The translations under genes and the position numbers were made by a program. The notes below the pieces were generated by a model. It made no database searches. It saw only the letters and a program-made list of their open reading frames with translations, and had not been told where the DNA came from. Source: an uncultured virus (IMG/VR IMGVR_UViG_3300005444_000002) (Duplodnaviria > Heunggongvirae > Uroviricota > Caudoviricetes). Taken from it: a stretch of 64,000 nucleotides of DNA. The DNA lies in IMG/VR virus record IMGVR_UViG_3300005444_000002. One strand, given 5' to 3'. Shown here piece after piece: positions 18,974 through 28,197 of this stretch. How positions within the stretch are numbered: the first letter of the stretch is position 1; each line of letters starts with the position of its first letter.

Positions 18974-19513
18974 TTAGAAGGGTACGTTGTCTGGGAAGTC
19001 CAAACCACACCACCAACACTTAGGTTCATAGATGGTGCGATCTCTTTGACAGCGGGGGCAATTCATCTTCTTTGCTTGGACCTGGGGGGCTACCTTGTCA
19101 GCTCCCTTACTGGTCACTACGGAGTAACCTCCACCTACAGGGGTGGAAGAAACAATCCCTCCATTGGGACCAACGTGATAGCTCTTTGTTGATGGGGATG
19201 TACCAACTCCGGGGAGGGTCATTTGCTGTCCCATCGCATCCCACTTATCCAGGAAAGCCATGAGCATCAGTCGGGCTTCTTGCCAGTATTGTGGGCCAGG
19301 GGGAACGAACCATTCCTCTAAGATCGCATCACCGTCAGTGATCCAGCGCATTCCTCCAGGGATTAGACAGAGGGCTACCATACTGGCTAATGGCCCTTTG
19401 GCGGTATCATCACAAGCGGCTAGGAAGGCTCCTTGCTTCCCTGAAGGGTATTGCACTTCCCCCTGCTCAACCCTCCATCTCCCATGAGGTGGACACCTTG
19501 TTAGGAGAATCAC
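18974..19513 (-). CDS. Hypothetical protein with C-terminal Zn ribbon
   Basis: CPRC...CWWC; ends DNVPF. Confidence 0.55.
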   Translation of the reverse strand: MILLTRCPPHGRWRVEQGEVQYPSGKQGAFLAACDDTAKGPLASMVALCLIPGGMRWITDGDAILEEWFVPPGPQYWQEARLMLMAFLDKWDAMGQQMTLPGVGTSPSTKSYHVGPNGGIVSSTPVGGGYSVVTSKGADKVAPQVQAKKMNCPRCQRDRTIYEPKCWWCGLDFPDNVPF

Positions 19514-19991
19514 ACAACCTCCCTCAAGATCATCTCCAACTCCTTCCTCACCATATCCGTGATATGCCCAGCGGAGAGGAGATGCAATCTCTTCTCAGCC
19601 TTACTCCCAAAGGTCCCATCAGCACTCTCCAGGGCTAAGAGGGCCATCTTCAACATCCTCCTCATCTCAAAGATAGACATCAGTTCTGTCTTAGGAACCA
19701 TCATAAAAATGCCTCACATCCACATACCCCTCCCCCCCATCCTCCCCATACATCTCCATCAAGTTATCCCCCACTCTCCCACAGATCTGGCAGATATATG
19801 CCCTGGGGTTCCGAGGGTGATGTTTGGGACTGTGACGACCTCGAAGGAAACATAGTATCTTGCTCATCAACTTCCTCCCTTTCCTGATAGGTATAGATGG
19901 CTCTTCTAACAGCCCTGAGACTTTCCAATTCCCTCTCAAGTGATCTCCGGGCATATTCTCTTCTCCTCATTGCAGGATCCACTGCACCTCC

Positions 19992-20189
19992 CTAAACCTT
20001 CTTCACCCCCACTGCTCTCAAACCCTTCTCGGTATTGAGGGGTTTGAAAGTCACGTTATCCCCAGCTTCAATAACCTTAAACTCCTTGGTCGCACTAGCG
20101 TGGAAGAAGTATTCGTCCCCCTTCTCATCCAAAATAAATCCAAAATTCCGTTCCCTTACCAGGGTACTAACCGTGCCTGACATTTCCAC
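19992..20189 (-). CDS. Cold-shock domain protein
   Basis: GTV...RNFGFI (RNP1), YFFHAS (RNP2), G..V.F...KGLRA..V. Confidence 0.9.
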   Translation of the reverse strand: MEMSGTVSTLVRERNFGFILDEKGDEYFFHASATKEFKVIEAGDNVTFKPLNTEKGLRAVGVKKV

Positions 20190-20204
20190 TCACTCCCCCA
20201 CTGA

Positions 20205-20224
20205 GGGGGAGCTTGCGCTCCCCC
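20205..20224 (-). promoter_or_regulatory. GC-rich hairpin with GCAA tetraloop upstream of the cold-shock gene
   Basis: Minus strand GGGGGAGC-GCAA-GCUCCCCC, perfect 8-bp stem. Confidence 0.55.
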
Positions 20225-20237
20225 CCTAAGGAATTTC

Positions 20238-20894
20238 TTAGATGGAACGGAAGTTTTCCAACCCTGCGAAGACACTCACAGAGGCACCACAGGAACAGGT
20301 GAATCGATTGGAGAAGGAGCCATCTTCATGCCTGGGGATTGCTCCATACGAGACCCCTGCTTTCGTGGTGAAGGACTCCTGGCGGTACTTGGCTCCACAA
20401 CCCTTGACCCCCTGCTGAACCCCTCCTCCATCCTCCTGACGACCAGGGATGAAGATGTCCTTCTTAGGGGAACAACTGGCGCTATAGGTCACATCAGCCA
20501 CAAACTGATCCCCAGCATGCTTATCCAGGGCCTTGGTGTAGGTGGAGATGGAGCCAACGGAACCCTTCTCCCTCAGGGCCTTGAGGAGGGAAGCGAAGGC
20601 ATTCTGAGGCTTCCCCCTATACTCCCTGGTTTCATTGTTGATTCTGACCCAGAAGGGGAGACCTGATGCGGAGAGGATGAGGGCCTTGGTATCCTCGAAA
20701 CGGACTTCAAGCTTCTGGCCATTCGGGGTATCCAGAAGTTCATAGGCTTCCTTCACGTTCTCAGGGATGGTGAAGCGATAGGATCCAGGTTGAGGAGGGT
20801 CAGGCCTTTGAGCCTTCCCCTCCTGGAGTTGGTCTAGGTCGGTTACGGTTACGTCCTCCTCGGGGAGGAGGTCCAGATCGTTTAGAGATGGCAT
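20238..20894 (-). CDS. Putative ssDNA-binding (OB-fold-like) protein
   Basis: PPQPGSYRF motif near N-terminus; next to annealing protein and exonuclease; call is by synteny. Confidence 0.4.
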   Translation of the reverse strand: MPSLNDLDLLPEEDVTVTDLDQLQEGKAQRPDPPQPGSYRFTIPENVKEAYELLDTPNGQKLEVRFEDTKALILSASGLPFWVRINNETREYRGKPQNAFASLLKALREKGSVGSISTYTKALDKHAGDQFVADVTYSASCSPKKDIFIPGRQEDGGGVQQGVKGCGAKYRQESFTTKAGVSYGAIPRHEDGSFSNRFTCSCGASVSVFAGLENFRSI

Positions 20895-21077
20895 TTGTCT
20901 TCTTTCTGTTTTCAAGGGTTTCTATAGTTGAGTCCAGAAAATACGTTCCCTTTGCCTCTCCGTACTGGAGTTCCCTCACCTCGGTAGCTCTCCATCTCAG
21001 GTATGCCTTGATTGCTCTGTTGAGAGTAGAGGACTCGATTTGAATATCAGGAACGCCGTTGATGACTACTTGGTATC

Positions 21078-21758
21078 TCACCTCCTTGCTATAGCCACTG
21101 GAGGAGCAACAGGCGGATATGCCCTCTTGGGCTCTGCTACAGCAACCGCCTTGGGGGGATCAACCTCTATAGTGTCCAGGTACTCCTCTTCCAGAACCTT
21201 CACCGCTGGTGGGACAGCAACCCTAGGACCGGACAGTTCCCTCTTCCCTGTTGGGATGGAGGAGACCTCTGTCTCATCTAACATGTTCAACCCGAGGATG
21301 GAGAAGGTGACCCTCCTCTTAGCCTTGGTCTCACACTTCAGGTAAGCGTTGCAGAGAGCCTCCCCCTGGAGGCCCTTGATGGGTACCGCTCCAGTGGCGA
21401 TATCCTTTCTCCCATCGGGCATGGTGGCTTCAACACGGTACATGTACACATCTGCATTCCCCTGCATGGGGCCATCGTAGAGGAGGGCTAAGGAGACACC
21501 CTTCAATCCGCGCAACTGTTCAGCAGCCCCCTTGTTCGCATATGGGAGTAACCTCCCATCTTGGGTCTTCATAATGTCAAAGGGTTTCATGGCGGGGTTG
21601 AGACCCAGGGATTTGGCCAAGTTATACAGGAACTTATTACGATCCTCTAGGGAGAACTTGGACAGGTCCCCCTTAACCAACATAGCCTCCATTGCTTCCT
21701 GATACTTATCCGCAACAACGATCTCCTCCTTCATGACAGGTACCATGTCTTCGCTCAT
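21078..21758 (-). CDS. Single-strand annealing protein (RecT/Red-beta-like)
   Basis: GDLS...SLGLNP..KPF...YA.K...EQLR...NA.LK.ETKAKRR.T.SI.GL. Confidence 0.65.
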   Translation of the reverse strand: MSEDMVPVMKEEIVVADKYQEAMEAMLVKGDLSKFSLEDRNKFLYNLAKSLGLNPAMKPFDIMKTQDGRLLPYANKGAAEQLRGLKGVSLALLYDGPMQGNADVYMYRVEATMPDGRKDIATGAVPIKGLQGEALCNAYLKCETKAKRRVTFSILGLNMLDETEVSSIPTGKRELSGPRVAVPPAVKVLEEEYLDTIEVDPPKAVAVAEPKRAYPPVAPPVAIARR

Positions 21759-21971
21759 TCAGGCTCCTTTCTCGAAATACTTCAAAGAGGCATGACCTAT
21801 ATGCCAGTCTTGACAGATAGGGCATTGGTAAACGTGCAGACCCCTCTTATCGGCCTTCTTCTGCGGTCCCCCCTTACGCCTCTGTACTGCAAGGAGGTGA
21901 CACTGGGCTTGCTTCCTACTCGCATGTCTTACCTTCCCCTTACAAATCACCGTCTGTTCAGTTGGAGTCAT
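21759..21971 (-). CDS. Small Zn-finger protein
   Basis: C.GK.RH...YQCPICQDWHIG. Confidence 0.65.
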   Translation of the reverse strand: MTPTEQTVICKGKVRHASRKQAQCHLLAVQRRKGGPQKKADKRGLHVYQCPICQDWHIGHASLKYFEKGA

Positions 21972-22287
21972 CTCGAATCTCCAGCAGGGGCATGTCTAAA
22001 AGCACCTGGAAGAGTCCCCTGATCTCCTCTTCCCCTGCTTTCATCCTCTTCATCTCATCTATCCCGAGGAGCATCATTGCGGTAGCTGTGGTGTGGTTGG
22101 AGGGAATGGCCCAGGCAACCATGGCCTTCATGATGGTGGTTATGGTGTCCTGGAGAATGTCCAGGTCGGTGACATGCCCTTCCACCTCAGTCATTGAAAC
22201 TGTCCAGGGATTTCCAGCCCAGAACAAACCCCACTATCACACCTCCTAGAAAGACTCCGATTATGGTTAGGGTGAAGAGGTAGGCGG

Positions 22288-23517
22288 TCATACCAAACCC
22301 CTCTCTCGAAACTGCACCACCTCGGGTTCATGATGGGGTTCTCGACGGATGTACTTCCCTGATCCTAAGGGGTCCTTCCAATTGTCATCCTCACGGAAGC
22401 AGATCTTCACGAATGGGCAAGGGGAGCCATATCCCTGACAATCGTAACTGCGGGGGAAGAGAACAGTGAGGAGGTCTTGGTAAACCTCATTATCCCACCC
22501 CTGGAGTTGCTCTACCTGATATGCCTTCCAAAGGTTCTTGATCCACCCCACCTCATGGTTCTTCATAGCGAGGAGATACTGTCTTATCATGTGCGTCTGT
22601 CTATCGTATGGACCTATCTGCACAAAGTGTGACCAGAGGTTACTCTCGGGGAGGGTATCGATCAGCCATTCTGAGGGGGAAGGGTGAGGGAGTTCCCACA
22701 CTGGAGTCTTATCAGCCCAATACCCTGTGGTACGAACGGAGGGTTCGGTGATGGGTGGGTTACCGGGAGAGTAGTTCACATAGCAGAAGTCGGAGAACTG
22801 CTTCTTGAACCCATCTTGTTGCCCCTGCTTCTTGAACTTATTCCTCCCACCCTTCACAAGGGCCCAAACGTAATACTGGGGGACAGGCTCCCCCCTTCTA
22901 GCTTCCACAGCAGCTGTCCCGATGGCCATCTGGACGGAGTTTCGGAAGGAGGCCACATATCCCTCATCCACTGAGGAGGTGGTCTTGAAATCATGGAGGG
23001 TCAGGACCCCATCACTCTTCCTTCTGGCTATGAAGTCCGGTCTGCCCATCTGCCCTATCAGATACCCTTCATGTTCGATATTGAGAAGCTCTTCCCTCTC
23101 AACATCCACAATGTCAAACTCCTTGAGGAGGATGGGGAGGTGAACCTTCACCCACCCCCGAACTAGTCCCTCCACAAGGGTGAGTTGCTCTTGGAGAACC
23201 CACTTACCCTCTTCAGGGTTCTCCATGTCCAACCAACCATCCTTCTCCACCAGGGTTTTGTAGGCTGCCAACATTGTAGAAAGTAACGGGTTGAGAAATC
23301 CTCGCTCCTGGGCTTTATGAGGGTTAGTCTTCGCCGTCTCCAATACCGTCGCCAAGATCTCATGAACCGATATCCCGGAAGTTAAGGGGATAGACTTGGC
23401 CGCCTTTACTATCCCCGTACCAAAAGCGTGGTAACTCAGGTAACGCTTCATAAGACATTCTTCTAGTCCTGTCTTATAGCGGGAACGGTCAGTAAGCCAA
23501 ATCGGTTGTGTCATCAT
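22288..23517 (-). CDS. PD-(D/E)XK (Cas4/RecB-like) exonuclease
   Basis: E...GRPDFI...HDFKTT...Q; N-terminal Cys plus C-terminal C..YG..CPF...C. Confidence 0.8.
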   Translation of the reverse strand: MMTQPIWLTDRSRYKTGLEECLMKRYLSYHAFGTGIVKAAKSIPLTSGISVHEILATVLETAKTNPHKAQERGFLNPLLSTMLAAYKTLVEKDGWLDMENPEEGKWVLQEQLTLVEGLVRGWVKVHLPILLKEFDIVDVEREELLNIEHEGYLIGQMGRPDFIARRKSDGVLTLHDFKTTSSVDEGYVASFRNSVQMAIGTAAVEARRGEPVPQYYVWALVKGGRNKFKKQGQQDGFKKQFSDFCYVNYSPGNPPITEPSVRTTGYWADKTPVWELPHPSPSEWLIDTLPESNLWSHFVQIGPYDRQTHMIRQYLLAMKNHEVGWIKNLWKAYQVEQLQGWDNEVYQDLLTVLFPRSYDCQGYGSPCPFVKICFREDDNWKDPLGSGKYIRREPHHEPEVVQFRERGLV

Positions 23518-24002
23518 GCAGCCTCATCCAAACGGGCAATACGCTCTTTGTATGGCTTCGCGTTAGGATGTTTGCGTTGGTATGTAGCTCGACTGCTCTT
23601 GGCTGCACATGTGCTACAGCGACGGCCATAACGAGACTTGTGCCAGAGTGTATTACGTTGCGAATAGGGATGTCCTTTGGGACAATGTGTACGATTACCA
23701 GCCCAGCGGGGACTTCTAGCAGTATTGGCAATCAAGGTAGTTGGGTTCAAGTGATCTGGGTTCACGCAGGCACGATTCTCACAAAGATGATCTAGTACTA
23801 AATACGCTGGCACAGGTCCACGTAATAGTTCATACGCTATTCTGTGTGCCTGACGAACTATAGCAATGCCTCCTCGGGGTTTGTGATTGATCTGAAAGAC
23901 TCCATATCCATCCTTTTTATAGGCTAACCAGTTCCAACAGTGTCCCTCTTTCCGATCCACCTTAGCCCAAAACCACTCCTGCTTCTTGAGAGACATTTCC
24001 AC
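23514..24002 (-). CDS. HNH homing endonuclease with C-terminal Zn ribbon
   Basis: CWNW...GYG...AHRIAY...DHLC.NR.CVNPDHL; THCPKGHPY...C..C. Confidence 0.9.
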   Translation of the reverse strand: MEMSLKKQEWFWAKVDRKEGHCWNWLAYKKDGYGVFQINHKPRGGIAIVRQAHRIAYELLRGPVPAYLVLDHLCENRACVNPDHLNPTTLIANTARSPRWAGNRTHCPKGHPYSQRNTLWHKSRYGRRCSTCAAKSSRATYQRKHPNAKPYKERIARLDEAA

Positions 24003-24898
24003 TAGTCCTTCACCTTGTCATGCCTATCAGGCTTAGTTAGATCCTCAGTAAGGAGACGATAGAGATATCCAGAGGCGTTGAAGATCAGAGCGTTGAGAGC
24101 ATCTTGAAGGTCATCCTCACAGCTCTCCCCATCCCCAAGGTGCCACTCATGTAATTCCCAAACTCTATGGAGATGCCTCCAAAGGGAGTCCATATAGGAT
24201 TGGTAGGTGAAGCCCTTCTTCCAGTTGTCCCCAGCCCTTATCGATCCATCTTTCTGGAGGCGGTTCTTCTGCATGTACTCGGCGTAGGATTTGACCACCA
24301 ATGGGTCCATGAACCTTGCATACTGCAGCTTGGAATTGTCCAGGTCCCTGGTAGCTCCAGTGTCAAAGGTACGGATGAAGGGATCTGGTGCATTCTTGTG
24401 ATTGGTTGTAAGAGTGATTTCTTTTAATCGGTGATCGGGGAGAGGGGCGGAGAACCAGTCTGGGGTCTTGATGGGCCCCACATTCAACTCCTCATCCAAA
24501 GGTTGGAGAGAATAAGCGTCCAGGATGGGAATCCCAATCCACTCCGCAACAGCCCTCTCAGCCCTGGCCCCCTTACTCCCCTCCCACCCTGGGAGCATTG
24601 CGATGTGGGTACAGTCCTCCAGGAGAGCCCCTAGATCTCTCTGGGCATACTTCCGATCAGCATCCTCCCCATCTGGATCTATGGACTGATCTGCATCATC
24701 CAGGGCAGCTGGATTCACCACATCCCAGCCCTCATCCAAGGCCTTCTTCTCAGCCTCATAGAAGGCAGGGTAGTTGTTTTCTGGGAGGCCCTTCATGGGG
24801 CCTGAGAGGTAGAGGAGCCCCAGAGGACGATCATTGTCCTGCTCCTCCCGGCAGAGGTCACATGGGCAGGGGACTTCATCGTCCAGGTATGTACTCAA
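24002..24898 (-). CDS. Fusion of DUF4406-like (nucleoside deoxyribosyltransferase fold) and DUF5664-like dATP/dGTP diphosphohydrolase domains
   Basis: YLSGPM.G...NYPAF...NPA...LPGWE.S.GA.AE; then RTFDTGATRD...NWKKG...SLWRH. Confidence 0.75.
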   Translation of the reverse strand: MSTYLDDEVPCPCDLCREEQDNDRPLGLLYLSGPMKGLPENNYPAFYEAEKKALDEGWDVVNPAALDDADQSIDPDGEDADRKYAQRDLGALLEDCTHIAMLPGWEGSKGARAERAVAEWIGIPILDAYSLQPLDEELNVGPIKTPDWFSAPLPDHRLKEITLTTNHKNAPDPFIRTFDTGATRDLDNSKLQYARFMDPLVVKSYAEYMQKNRLQKDGSIRAGDNWKKGFTYQSYMDSLWRHLHRVWELHEWHLGDGESCEDDLQDALNALIFNASGYLYRLLTEDLTKPDRHDKVKD

Positions 24899-25185
24899 AG
24901 CTGCCCCTGGAGGTAGAAGCGAAAGGGTTTGCCCTTCGTGGTTGAATCAAATTTGCTGATGAATCGTTGGGCTGACCTGGGGAGGGGGAGGCAGGGCTGA
25001 TCGAAGACACCAAAGATGACCCGGTCACACTTCACCTGGGGATAGGCTTTAATATCAGGAGGCACGGATAATCTATCCCGGATTGCGAGGGCAACAGGGC
25101 AGGAGGTTATTCGTGCTCCAGGGAGACCACAGAGAGACCTCCCCCGACGTATGTGCTTTTCCGTAACCTCCACCAGTAACCTCAC
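24895..25185 (-). CDS. Hypothetical phage protein
   Basis: VT..HI..G...CPVALAI...LP.....FI..FD...PF.F pattern. Confidence 0.6.
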   Translation of the reverse strand: MRLLVEVTEKHIRRGRSLCGLPGARITSCPVALAIRDRLSVPPDIKAYPQVKCDRVIFGVFDQPCLPLPRSAQRFISKFDSTTKGKPFRFYLQGQL

Positions 25186-25380
25186 TGATCCCTCCTCAAG
25201 GTCTCCTCAACCCTCCTCAACTCGATCTGGAGATCCTCCCACTTCATTTTTCGCAATCTGCTGTAGAGAACCCACATCTGGTCCTCTATCGTCACCTTGG
25301 GCTCTGTTATGGGGCTCATTTAGGTCTTTCTCCTCACTTTGCAAAATCTTCCACAGGTGGCCCTGTAGGGATTGCAGAGT

Positions 25381-25411
25381 GGATAGTGAACTATCCATGA
25401 GGAGGTGTCAA
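25381..25411 (-). promoter_or_regulatory. Sigma70-like promoter for the replication operon, overlapped by an inverted repeat
   Basis: Minus TTGACA-17nt-CACTAT; GGATAGT-ga-ACTATCC palindrome at 25381-25396 covers the -10. Confidence 0.5.
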
Positions 25412-25675
25412 GGGGGTTTACATGTCTCTTAAAGAAGTCATTTATTAGTCACAAATGGCGAGAGTGTGACGGGAAAGAAACCTGACTCCTATACAGCTCA
25501 AGGAGTTGTAAAAGAGGGGAGTGAACAAAAACCTCTCCCCTCCAATCTGGGCTATTGGAATGTGTCAGATAGGTGGGTTGTAAGGATTGACTTCCGGGGA
25601 TTGTAAAGGCGATTCTATCCCCTTGGCGACCTTGGGGAGGGCCTATGCTGGAGTGATGAGTCGAGCGATCCTGAG

Positions 25676-26647
25676 GTGGAGGGATGCAAGGAGAGGGCCA
25701 GGAGGGGACATCTGAAGTTCCATCCAAAAAGAGCCAAGGCGTTCCTCGGGGAGGTTTCGTCGGATATTGCTTGGGTCTGGGAGCCGATGATCCCCCTGGG
25801 GTCTCTGTGCCTGTTTGCAGCCTACATGAAACTTGGGAAGTCAACTTTCCTCTATGGATTGTTAAAGTGTATCGCCAGAGGGGAGCCCTTCCTGGGCCTC
25901 CCTACCCGGAAGGTCAACGTATTGATCCTAGCTGTGGAGGAACACCCCAGGGAGGTTAGGAATAGGTTGGAGCACTTCGGGGTGACAGAGGCAGATGATG
26001 ATGGGATCTTCATCCACGCTGGACGCCTATCCCCCTCCCCGAAGAACTACTCCGATATGGCCACCTTCATTAAGCAGGAGGATATTGGATTGGTGGTCTT
26101 AGATACCCTGGCTGGATTCATCGGGGTGGAGGATGAGAATTCCAACTCAGAGGTCTTGAATGCCATCACCCCCCTCCTCACCCTAGCCCGCTCAACCGGG
26201 GCAGCTGTTCTCTTGGTCCATCACTCCGGGAAGGGGGAGGGGAATGGTGGGAGGAATATTAGGGGAGCCTCTTCCCTCTTCGGATGTGTGGATCAGGCAA
26301 TGATGATGTCCTCCTATGGGGATGTAGGGGGGACCCAGAGGCAGATAAACACCCTTGGGAGGTATGAGCAGACCCCGAAGACCCTCCTCCTTGACTATGT
26401 TAATTATGAGTATGTATTCCTAGGAGCCCCTATGCAAATTGATCTGACGGCGGCTAGAGAGACCTTGGTAACCATCCTGCAGAGAAGTAAAGATCCTCTC
26501 AACATTAATGAGCTAGCCTCCCTAACAGGGTTGAAGCTCTACCATATCAATAAAGCCCTGACCATCCTCCCTGAAGGGGTTGTTAGAAAGGGGAAAGGGG
26601 TGAGGGGGGAGCCCTTCCTGTTCTCTTGGGCTGGTAACGGAGTATAG
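25676..26647 (+). CDS. RecA-family AAA helicase (RepA/AAA_25-like) with C-terminal winged helix
   Basis: AYMKLGKST Walker A, VEE, LVVLDTL Walker B, VHHSGK, RGASSL. Confidence 0.85.
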   Translation: MEGCKERARRGHLKFHPKRAKAFLGEVSSDIAWVWEPMIPLGSLCLFAAYMKLGKSTFLYGLLKCIARGEPFLGLPTRKVNVLILAVEEHPREVRNRLEHFGVTEADDDGIFIHAGRLSPSPKNYSDMATFIKQEDIGLVVLDTLAGFIGVEDENSNSEVLNAITPLLTLARSTGAAVLLVHHSGKGEGNGGRNIRGASSLFGCVDQAMMMSSYGDVGGTQRQINTLGRYEQTPKTLLLDYVNYEYVFLGAPMQIDLTAARETLVTILQRSKDPLNINELASLTGLKLYHINKALTILPEGVVRKGKGVRGEPFLFSWAGNGV

Positions 26648-27247
26648 GAGGAAAGTGCCCCTTTTTCTGGGCCAGGGAGGGGCCACCCCTGAGGGGAACT
26701 AGAGGGGGAACTTCCGAGGAACTTTGTGGAAGGGGACCTCTCTAGTCCGGAGGGTTACGACTTAGGTGGAATGGTGGGCCTGATCCCCTTGCCCCTGAGC
26801 CTGGGTGTAGTTGGTCGGGAGGTTGGAGGCGAAGATCTCCAACGCCTCACAACATGTGTGGAGGCTGGATGCGATGTCCCTAATCCTGGAGGGGTTGTTG
26901 GCGGCGGAATCCAACTCCTCGGTTAGGGTTTTGATCTTGTTCACCTGATTGATCACGGAAGCCTTCTCGTTCGTCATCCGATCGGTCATCTTCATATCCT
27001 CCCTTTCAACCTAACGACTAAACTTCTCCCCCGTAGAGGGAGCAGTCCTGGTCCAAGCAATACCCCTCCCAGTAGGTCTCCAGTTCCTCCCACTTAACCT
27101 CCCCCCCACATCTAGGACACTTTGCCCTTGGGGGGGTGGAAGGGGGGGTCTGGATCACCGGGGGTAAGGAGCGAATGTGTGTCTGCCACTCTACGTTTAA
27201 CGTCCTTGGAGACCGGGAAACGTTCATTCATCGCCTCCACCTGTGCA

Positions 27248-27355
27248 GGTTTACACCTCAAATCGGTGGGTGTCAATACCCTAATTGTGGTCGGGAAAGA
27301 TTCCCCCTTGGTTGAAAAGAAAGGACTTGACAAAGAGGCAAGGTGCGTCTAAAAG
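27248..27355. promoter_or_regulatory. Back-to-back divergent sigma70-like promoters
   Basis: Minus TTGACA(27276)-17-TAAACC; plus TTGACA(27327)-17-TAAAAG; both -10 boxes imperfect. Confidence 0.45.
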
Positions 27356-27394
27356 GTAGACATCAGGGGCATTCAGGCCCCTTTGGGAGGATAC

Positions 27395-27656
27395 ATGGCA
27401 TCAGCTCTACGAGTTCACAGAACGCATGGGGATAAGGATGAGAAGCCTAATTGTGCCACCCCGGGGTGTTGGGAAGCGGCTAAGGTGACTGGGTTCTGTG
27501 GGGCTTGCTATGCAGGGTGGAGAAGACTTCGGGAATCTGACCATGCCAGAGCTGAAGACCTACTTCCAACGTACCCAGAGGATTGCTGCCAGGGCCTCAG
27601 GGCAGATGAACCTCACCAGACGAGCATCAAAGCATTCCCACCTGAAGGCTGTCTGA
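27395..27656 (+). pseudogene. Small Cys-rich Zn-binding protein with apparent +1 frameshift
   Basis: GGGAGG RBS; removing one G at 27531-27533 gives ...RRLRNLTMPELK...HSHLKAV ending 1 nt before the next ATG. Confidence 0.5.
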
Positions 27657-27657
27657 T

Positions 27658-28197
27658 ATGCCCCTCTCCCCAGAAGATGAGAAGAAACGTCAGGAGGCTA
27701 TACAACTACGTCTTGATGGGACGATGCCGGCTGAGATTGCGGAGAAGCTCGGAGAGCCAAAGGTACGAATTCAGTCTTGGCTCACTATGGCTGCGAGTCG
27801 GCGTGGGGTAAAGTACAACAAACAGCAAGAGAAGAAGGAAAGAAGAACCCATACCCCTGAGTTCAAAGCCGAGGTTATCTCTCATGTAACCGCTGTGGGG
27901 CTTAAACCAAAAGGAAGGGGAGAGTCTCTTCCTGGAGGCATCCTTGATGTAGCTACGAAGTTCAACCTTCCCCCCAGCGCGGTCAGACGTTGGTACATGG
28001 AAGCTCAAAGGGTTCAAAGGAGGGCTAAGAAGGCAGGGGTTCAATTGGCTCATCCGCAGTTTAGGAAGGGGCCCCCGGGGAAGACCAAGGTCATCCTGGG
28101 GGAAGTGGACGAGGGGACAGAGTTGGAGCAAGTCAGCAGAGAAAGGGACATCTTCATGGCGGCTCTAGAGATCATGATCCGGAGACAGAAGAAGTGA
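27658..28197 (+). CDS. Tandem HTH transcriptional regulator
   Basis: AIQLR.DG....EIAEKLG...IQSW and HTPEFKAEV...VATKFNL....VRRW. Confidence 0.7.
   Translation: MPLSPEDEKKRQEAIQLRLDGTMPAEIAEKLGEPKVRIQSWLTMAASRRGVKYNKQQEKKERRTHTPEFKAEVISHVTAVGLKPKGRGESLPGGILDVATKFNLPPSAVRRWYMEAQRVQRRAKKAGVQLAHPQFRKGPPGKTKVILGEVDEGTELEQVSRERDIFMAALEIMIRRQKK

Noticed and set aside
22288..23517. CRISPR-associated Cas4 or a CRISPR array
   Set aside because: No repeat-spacer array or other cas genes seen; the context is a recombination module
15990..24898. Complete Z-base or deazaguanine DNA-modification pathway
   Set aside because: No PurZ, QueC/D/E, FolE or DpdA-like ORF recognised; only the DUF5664-like domain is present
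27658..28197. IS3-family transposase OrfA, suggested by the HTPEFKAEV motif
   Set aside because: No DDE OrfB, terminal inverted repeats or slippery site nearby
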